This document shows positions 55,283 to 64,000 of a DNA stretch of 64,000 bases, piece by piece. The DNA lies in the NCBI GenBank assembly GCA_030141605.1, contig JAQGDQ010002371.1, forward strand, positions 744,001 through 808,000. The letters run 5' to 3'. The notes under the pieces were generated by a model that made no database searches, was not told the DNA's origin, and was given only the letters and a program-made list of their open reading frames with translations. The DNA comes from Tubiluchus corallicola. Taxonomy: Eukaryota > Animalia > Priapulida. Positions within the stretch are counted from its first letter, which is position 1, and each line of letters opens with the position of its first letter. Both the position numbers and the translations under genes were made by a program.

Positions 55283-56288
55283 CATCGAAGAGTTGCCCAT
55301 CAGAGAATTTCAGTAAGGCAAATTTGGCTTTTAGAAATGTGCCACAGGAAGCAAACATCAATATCTGACGTTTAAAACCACTTAAAAGTCGTCTGAGCCC
55401 AAAGTCCCATGGGTGAGCTGATCGATTCTCCAAATAAAAATGAAATACTTCAAACTTTGCAGTGAAGTCAGACTTAATCATAATTTGGCTAATAATTTTC
55501 TTAACGACATATTTTGCCTTCCAGCAATCAAATCAATTTGTCAATTTGGAAAAGTACAACCCGAGACGTATTTTCAACTCAGCTATAGTAACAGGGTTTG
55601 AAAACTTTCTATACATTCTATAACTTTCAAATATTTTAATTTATTGTTTTTAATAAATAATAATCATTTATCATTTATAGCATAACGTAGTGGCAAAGCA
55701 AAGTACGAGGAAAATATTACAAAAAAATTTACGTAGATGTTACAAGTAGTTTACACCCTCAAGAATTTGTCACTTCAATTGAAAATTGGTTTTCTTAATC
55801 AAACTTCGTTGAAAACAAAGCGCAATGTCACGTGTGTATAGTAATTCGAGATTCATTACGCGAAACTACGTTTCATGCCAATAAAATAATCTCATTTCGG
55901 AAATTTAAACAATATTTTCCTTAATGCCACCAGTATCCAAAATACTGTAAGCTACAAATGGGAAAAGTTTAATTAGTAATGTATTGTTCAATTTATTGTA
56001 CTTAATTGGACTATAAATGTCACCAATGTGATGTCTGCAGAAAATTTAAAGTTGCGTGTTCATTTATTTCTGCAATTTGCATCTGTCCCGTTTTTTATAT
56101 TCCTGATGCAATAATTTCTGTATAGTATTGTGTATAGTAGTCACATTCCATTTTATGTGGTTTGCAGCAGACTGTGATGTAAATGCTTGGTGTCGCCATA
56201 GCCGCAACTGTGTAAGTATGAACATTCCCTAAATGAAAGCTTTATCAGTATTTACATCAGTATTTCTCTGATGGGCAACTCTTCGATG
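55283..56288. mobile_element. 1006-bp non-autonomous DNA transposon with perfect 25-bp TIRs
   Basis: CATCGAAGAGTTGCCCATCAGAGAA (55283-55307) is the exact reverse complement of 56264-56288; TT flanks both sides (possible 2-bp TSD). Confidence 0.8.
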
Positions 56289-56339
56289 TTCGTTATAAAG
56301 AAAGTTTTATCTTCAGATCATCATGCAGAGTCTACTCCA

Positions 56340-56490
56340 GAGTTGTAATTACTGTGATCACTACAATTGCAAAAGTTAAGTAGCAACGAGCTTGATTAGT
56401 AAATGGATGGTAAATTTAATTAGTAAATGGTAACTGCCAGAAAACCTGCTTCTGGGTGTTTTCATCTGCCAGATGCCTTCATTGATGGAA
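56340..56490 (+). mobile_element. 5S rRNA-related SINE, degenerate copy
   Basis: AAGTTAAG..TTAGTAAATGGATGG..TTTCATCTGCCA; aligns to the reverse complement of 12180-12270. Confidence 0.55.
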
Positions 56491-59400
56491 AATAGATGTA
56501 ATGTAATATGTAATCTGATAATATGTAATCTGGTGGAGAATAGATAATATGTAAGATGGAGAATAGATATACATGCAAACGTGCCTAAGTCACATCTGTC
56601 ATTGTCACTTAAGTACCTACTTTTGGAGAATTATCAAATTAGGTCAGGTCGTTTCTAATATTGAACTAGGTTTCAGACCCACCACAAGTACTCAACAAAA
56701 CAGTAGACCCTGCAACTTGGTTCTGACTTCCAGTCGTCGAACAGAATAAAAAGTAATTTTGCTTTGATAATTTTGCTTAGGATATTCAAAACATGGAACA
56801 TTTTTAACGGAAAAAATAATATAATGTATAAATAATTTGAATTTTTTGTTGAGCATTCATATACCATGAGTGAACTGCAATAATTTGTAGAATTATTATA
56901 AATTTGGCATTTCTGCAGTTGGTAGCATGATCTATATGTGGGTCGTCAGTTATATTTGTCACTTTGCTGCCCTTGCTGTTCCGTGCTATATCGATCAGCA
57001 CAGTATTACTTATGCAATGTTTGTTCACTACATTAACCACACTTTAATCAAAATTTATTGCCAGCTTTCTCAATCCATTATCACATTTAATCACCCCTCA
57101 GCTTCCGCAGGCTTCTACGCACATGGTTTCCATTCACCTTGCGATCTTCCTCGTGATTACTGGCTGCGTTTTTCTTTGTAAAAGTGACTGTGAGCTGTAA
57201 TAGCAGTAATTATTTTTGACTACACCTATCAGCAGGGCATTGTTTGCGGAAAAGCGCCTGACACAATCTATTTTTTGCGGCCTTTGCATGACTGGTTTAT
57301 ATATGTGTGAATGTCAAAACGCTATGAGTCTCGCCAAATGTAGAAGTCTCAGAAAATGCATTTTATGGGTAATATGAGACAATAGCGAATAGCTGAGTGG
57401 TCACAGTGTGTGCTTAACAGCTGAATCAACAGACTGTACGATTACTGATTTACAAATGTCAATGAAAAGTGACAGTTTACATGTAAAATAGTATTCTGGT
57501 ATAGGTTTTTCCAATTTTTTTCGAATATAACTATTGAGTAGGGTAAACCATAGTTGGTATCAGGCCAGTTTTCCAGATCGTTTACCCCACGCTGTTAGCT
57601 GGCGTGTATGCGTCTGAGAAAATTTCCGGCTATTAAGCCATTCTTCAGAATAATAAATGCTGATTTTTTTCAACAAATTGGCGCTTAGTAAGAAACTTGT
57701 GAACAAAACTGATTCAATTAATACTTAAGTACTAAAACTTATAATATTACATGAGTTCTATGACCCTTTTATCTTGCAAAAATATCCTCAGTGGCTATCC
57801 GTTACCCATTTCAAGCACAAGCATTTCACAAGTATTTCCAGTACTGGTGCTAACTCAGTTAAATTCAAAAGATTGTGTGTTCTGAAAAATCTCAACTGTC
57901 CAACTTCGAAGGGGGTTCGTTTGCATGTGCGTGAAAATAAGCTGTTTCTTGAGCTCTACACGCGGCCGACCTTGTGCTAATCGACGTATTGATATTTGCT
58001 TCTGGTGCACATCTCGCAGACTTCAACACTGATGGAAGGAATGAGCCATTATATAAAACGTGATTGCAACAAATACTCGGCGTCCATGCACGCGACTAAT
58101 TGGACCATTCACTGGAATATGTAAAAATTTTCTGTGCAATTAGCAGCTAATCACTGAACGTAATTTCAATTGCATTTCTTATCTTCGATTTTATGGTTGT
58201 TTTAATGGCCGTGTTTAGGAAAAACGAAGTCACTCAATATTTGGTAAGGAGCATGCGCAATAGAATAGATAGACTAAAGGACATGGTCTGTGCCGATAGG
58301 TTAACAATACAAAATAGTCAGTATGGATGGGTTGCTGTTGCTGTTCATATTGTTGTACCCATTAGTAAGGATTTTGCAAAACCTGAAAAGTTGGTGTAAT
58401 CAAGGATGGTTTTGCACTGAGCAGTTCCTTACCGCATGTCACCTGTTATATGTAGTTATAAAATGTCGAAAGACCGCAAAACAAAATTGCAGTAAAACAA
58501 AGTTGAAAATTAAAGGGCAAAATGGCCATAAGGTAGAAATTTATATGGAAATTATGTGAAGATGGTTCTGCCCAATTTTCTATCCAAGGGCGTTTTGTTC
58601 CACATTAGGTACATTTTTTGATCACTTTGCTTGCCAATGACTGTTTTTGTGCTTATAATCCTACGTACCAATCTTTTCTTCAGTTTCTTTTACGTTCTTT
58701 TATTTATGTCGCGCATTTCACTTTACAAATTTCCTTCATTTTTCCTACACCTGTATCACACACACTTTGTCCCTGAATCGCACACCTGTAACCTGTAACT
58801 GAATTAATCAGCGGTCTCCTTTTAAATGACTGATATCTCCAGCAGCCATGCATTATGGTTCATTTCTTGCAATAATCAGTTTGTTCCCTCAGAGCCACTT
58901 AAAAGGTTTGTGGACCTTATCGGGAATGATTTCTGTATTTCCTTGATGGAACTGACTGAAATGAGTTTAACAGCACTTTACCCAGATCAAGCGTCAAATG
59001 CCGGCAAGAAAACATTTCTGTACAACTGACGATCGAAGGACTGCTGCAAGAGGCAAGCTCTGTTTTTGCAAACTTGCATGTACATGTATGATATTCAAAG
59101 AGTCTTCAACTTTTGAGAAATTTCATTATCCTTATAAAATGCAGATTTTTTTATTGTTTATAGCAATTGAACAATAATTACGCTCGCTGCACTGTTGTAT
59201 ACAGTGTTTTCTTGTAGTACTTGTAAAAGGTGAACTTTATTTTATTGTACTCAAGAAATTGTTATGTTATTGTATTGTTTTGTAAAACAATTTGTTCTTT
59301 CCGATTCGCACAAAAAAAAACAACTGCAAAGCTTTTAGTTGAAGCAGACTGGGATGCCCGGTAATGTGAATTTGCTCAGAAATCGGACTACCTGAACGGA

Positions 59401-62400
59401 AATAAATAACCAATGATAAAGTTTCTTGGGGGATTTTGACAAATCGTATCAAGCAAAAGCATAGCCCAAGTTACCAACTTCTGATCTTCGTTTTTGCTTC
59501 CAAGGTTAGACGTTGTGTGAGAATTTTTAGTTTTTAGGTGCATCTCAAAATTAGTATTCACGGCTTGCTGCTCTTTTTGACGTTCCGAGCGAACCTTTGA
59601 GGTACATTTATGTGTGTAAAACGGTGCCTTGAACATCTGTTTCTTAATGACGAGTAGAATGCAGATGTGCTGATTTTGATGAAATATTTATTGGGTGCAT
59701 TCTGAATTATTCATTTCAAATCCACAATGTCAAAACAATGTGGATATGTCCAAAGGAATAATCCGAAGAGCAGCTATCCTAACTTAGTTGTCTCCAAGGA
59801 GTTCTAATTTGTTTTTTTAAATACATCTTTCAGTCACAATCTTCTAGCACCGTTCTAGCACGTTCTTTGAGCACCCTTCTCACACGTACCATGTTTCAAG
59901 ATAGAAAACTGAAATACTGAAGCAATTTCAACTGAGCATCTTTGAATTACCGTTTACTCTTATAAATACTAACATTTCAACGAAAAATTGTTAGCGTCGT
60001 ATTTATATAGTTTGGAGATAATGGTCACAAGTTCATATAAATAAAATAAAATTCCTGGCACTTTACCAAATTTTAAAAATTTGTGTAATTTTATCAAATA
60101 TTATTTAATGCAAGGGGGACTTCTTGGTTTGCATGTATGAATAGCAGGTTTCTGAATACAAAACTTGTACTCGAAATCGAAATGCACAACCTATATATCC
60201 CTTCATCATTACACATCATCGCTACTTCACGACGTCTATCGTAATAATGTACTAAAATCTTTACTAAAGTTATTGTATTAAACATTAATGTACTTTGGAA
60301 TTTGACACTCAGTTTCGCACATTTAGTTACATTCAACTTTTGACATATATTTTGAGCTATGACAACACAGCTCCTTGAAGATGGCTGTTTGGGAACATCT
60401 AAAACTTGGAAGCTATTAAACAGCATAGATACTGAATACAATTCATATAACTTATACAGCTTATCTTTTATGTGGTATTGTTGATGCAAATGCGGTCAGC
60501 GTAAATTATCTGAGAAACTGTGCTTATCTAGGGTATAATAAGTACACTAGTCTAGCTCCCCTGACGTACTTGCTTCTGAATATCGCCATTAAGTCTTACT
60601 CTTCTAGTGTATTGATCACGTCAATTGTATATGAACATTGCTGTTTATGACTTCTATATTCCGTAATTACTGGTGACATGCTGGTGGAACTGGTGGCCCC
60701 GCGGCAAGTATGCCGGAGTATATCGGAGACAGGCATAGTGAAGCCACAGAAATTTTTTTAGCAAGAATAAAAAGCAGAAATTACTATAGTTTGTAGCCTG
60801 TTCATTAACTGATGTTGTATTAATGAGAGTTGCATAAAATCGCCACACGATAAAAATGTAATCAAACAGTACACCTGACTATAAAGGTACGTTGCTAAGC
60901 AAATTATCAATGTGGAATACATGTTTTTCATCTAAGCCACACATACAGTTCGTAAAACATCAGTTTACTTTTTCCTCAGCTTTCTCAACTTGTTGACATG
61001 AAAGTCAATTTATAGACCCAGTGACATGCAAACGAATTTTTCCACTCGTCTAATAGGATTTTTCCAATTCTGATTTCCGATTTCGCTGATATATGTGCAT
61101 ATCGTGTATCTATTTGAATTTCGTCTCACTGCACTGGCAATATTGCCGTGCTACAAGTTACTATAAAATGGCTAGTGAGTGTTACCGCAATTATTTCACA
61201 TAACTTTCATTATAGTCACAGAATTTTTTCTGGAACCATATTTCATTATTAGGTTAAGTTTGGCTTGCAGAGGAGCCAAAATTGGATGCATATCCTAGTG
61301 CAACCTTTTTTCCTTCTTGATGGCTGTATCTGCATTTGATGGAAATTGGAAAATATTTAGGTTTGCGTAAGGTGCATTTTACTGGGAAGTTCCAACTGTT
61401 TCGCCTTTACTGCATACTTTCTCCTTGCTTTGCGGAGATACACCTTGTCGGCGTCTCAGCCATGGAAGTTGTAAAAGCAATATGATGCGGCAATCCAACC
61501 ATAAAACAGGCTCTTGATTGCTGCTTTTACAAGACGTCATTGCTTTTCTGTATGTTTTTAGTCTCTGGTGCACGTGCGTGCTCATTCACGCGACAAAACA
61601 AGAGTATACTTGCAATTCCGTGCATATGGCTTCTCAGATTTGAAATCCACTGGTTTGTAATAATTGAGAGAACAATGTTGAATATTATTATATATTATTG
61701 AATTTGCTGCTTTTAGTTGTTTCTAATCAAACCGGCAGTAATATTTTTCATGTAACTGAATAAGTGAAATTAATTACTTAGGTGTGATGGTTGAAAGTAA
61801 CGATTAAACATATGCGTCACGACTTCACCAATTAAAAGAAATGGCAATAAGACCTCAAACGTATTCAACAACAGCACACTGACCGTAGGATCGCCATTTT
61901 AAAGGAAGCTTTTCAATCCAAAGCCATTTAACTGTCAGTGAGCTGCATAAGAATTAATCGGAATTTACTCGCGTCATTGCTCTTAATCGTTAATAAATTC
62001 CGTTATTGTGTATAAGAGAACGATTTTTCGGGCTTGGGTTTTCAGTGTTTCTTCAGTTTTTATACGTACGCTGGACTGCACATGCAAAAAACTCTCCAGG
62101 AAATGAAAAATGTAGACGCAATTAGTATGTGCTGTTTAAGCAAATTACACAAACATTAAACACTCTTTGAATACCCTGTAATGCTTTATTCATTAATCTG
62201 TCTTCCTTTCACTAAATGGTTAATCTGTCTTCCTCACACTAAATGAGCATGATAGTAATAGAGTATCAGAAAAACAATTTTCCTGGGTTTGTGGTCGTTT
62301 GGCCAGCAATATCCTAACTGAGAAGTAAAAACAACTTTGCCAGCTTATTAATACAAGCTGTAGAAGTAATTGTTTTATGTAATTAACTAACCTTACCAAA

Positions 62401-62500
62401 ATCCTATAGTTTTTTTTATAATTCCACTGCACTTTGTTTTTTTTTGTATATGTATTCTGTAGCTTCACACATCTCTGCTAAATTTACTCTAATAATAATT

Positions 62501-62725
62501 AGTTTAGTTTAGTTTAGTTGAGTTGAGTTGAGTTGAGTTGAGTTGAGTTGAGTTGAGTTGAGTTGAGTTGAGTTGAGTTGAGTTGCGTTGCGTTGCGTTG
62601 CGTTGCGTTGCGTTGCGTTGCGTTGCGTTGCGTTGCGTTGCGTTGCGTTGCGTTGAGTTGAGTTGAGTTGAGTTGAGTTGAGTTGAGTTGAGTTGAGTTT
62701 AGTTTAGTTTAGTTTAGTTTAGTTT
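62501..62725. repeat. Compound pentanucleotide microsatellite (AGTTT)3(AGTTG)14(CGTTG)14(AGTTG)8(AGTTT)6
   Basis: Read and counted directly. Confidence 0.97.
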
Positions 62726-64000
62726 ATGTGGTATATGACCAACAAGGCCAGCCAAAATACGTTTTACAGAAACCACATCAGTTTGCGTGCACATTCAAGA
62801 GTAAACAGCACATTGCATCATTACATCAGATGACTGCATAATATTGGATAACTTCTTTTCGTTACTAAGCGTTATATAACTTAGATATAGTTCACTTATA
62901 TAATTATTTCAAACGTTACGTGCTACTGCGTGTTTTGAACAATGAAATAAAAATATTTGTCTTCTACAACGTTACAGGTTTCACAAAGACGATTCCTAAA
63001 CTGCGTCCGCTAGGTTCTAAGTTTATGATTTTATGTCTTTAATATTTTTATCATTTAATAAGGAAGATTCGAATACAAACTCGGACTTGTTGATAAAAGT
63101 GCAATTTAGACATATTTGTTAGAGATTGTCGTCAGGTTATTCAAAAGTTAGCTTTAACTCATCCTTCAGCAAGACAGACAGTATTAGAATAAAGCGCTAT
63201 TGAGTCAGCATTTAGCAGTTGATCCAAATTTATCCTATTTAACATCAATTTCGACGACCTGTACCAAAGAACATTTAAAGTTTTGCTAAAGTGGTATCTT
63301 GGTTGCATAGTCGTGTTTGTGGAAAAGAAATACCCGAAGCCAATATTTAACAACTCTACAAGAAATATCTAAATTTATCTGATATCTTCCTAATGCTCCA
63401 ACCATGGCTGGAGTAGGAGTTGTCAGCACCTAAAATTGCTTTATAATATTTAAGAAAAGGGTTTCAAGAACAGCAAAATATTTCATACCACAGATTTCAC
63501 ATCCATAACATAGGATGGGTTTGGCATATATGTTAAAGAAAGGTATTTGCAAAGTTGGCTTCAAAATACCCAAATGTTTTTGATTTACTCAGTAAAGAAA
63601 ATACTACTTCGTTGCCTTGCGAGGCAGGATAATTTACAGATTCATTAAATTAATCATTTGGATTAAAATATACGCCAATGCATTCGTGCTCGACATATTG
63701 TTTTATTAATGTGCCGTAGCAAAAGAAATCCTGTTGGTGATTCAACAAAAGTACTCTTTTCAAATATTAAAATTTCAATCTCACTGGATTTGACAGTTTA
63801 GACTCCATTTTCTACAATGGCTGTTCAGTAGCTTTAACTGATGTAGCAAACCCTTCTTAGTTACAATAATTAAAACGAGATCATCTGTAAACATGTCATT
63901 AATTAGTATTATGCCATCAGAATCTTGTACATTTTTTATAGACACTCATCTAAATCAATAAAATACAATAAAAACAGCATGAGTGACAGAGTACAGCATT

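Noticed and set aside
62501-62725. Telomeric repeat or CRISPR-like array
   Set aside because: The units are not TTAGG or TTAGGG and there are no spacers; it is a simple microsatellite in eukaryotic DNA.
42211-64000. Short (60-131 aa) ORFs and conserved miRNA seeds (e.g. TGGAAGAC at 48942)
   Set aside because: No recognisable protein motifs; seed matches do not extend to mature miRNA sequences or hairpins.

Overview
This is AT-rich, intron-dense animal (invertebrate) nuclear DNA; I found no prokaryotic features. I reconstructed four genes by hand. (1) An I-domain-less integrin alpha on the minus strand, 20 coding exons, running off the left edge. (2) A complete SWEET1/SLC50A1-type sugar transporter on the minus strand, immediately upstream of the integrin. 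(3) An Acl4-like TPR chaperone of ribosomal protein L4 on the plus strand, head-to-head with SWEET; its last exon was not found. (4) A type-I membrane LRR protein with a single coding exon on the minus strand, apparently nested antisense in the last Acl4 intron. Introns and intergenic DNA hold many transposon relics: a LINE inserted with a TSD into a MITE, Academ-like, hAT, Tigger-like and EnSpm-like elements, and 5S/tRNA-derived SINEs. About 22 kb of CpG-retaining non-coding DNA lies upstream of the LRR gene. The most intriguing signal, which is inferential, is a set of sense-strand TTTTCAG|GTAA acceptor-donor fusions. One exactly regenerates the SWEET exon-1 donor, and the integrin has an acceptor-led first coding exon with no evident promoter of its own. 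Together these suggest SWEET and the integrin may share a promoter through recursive splicing or polycistronic processing.
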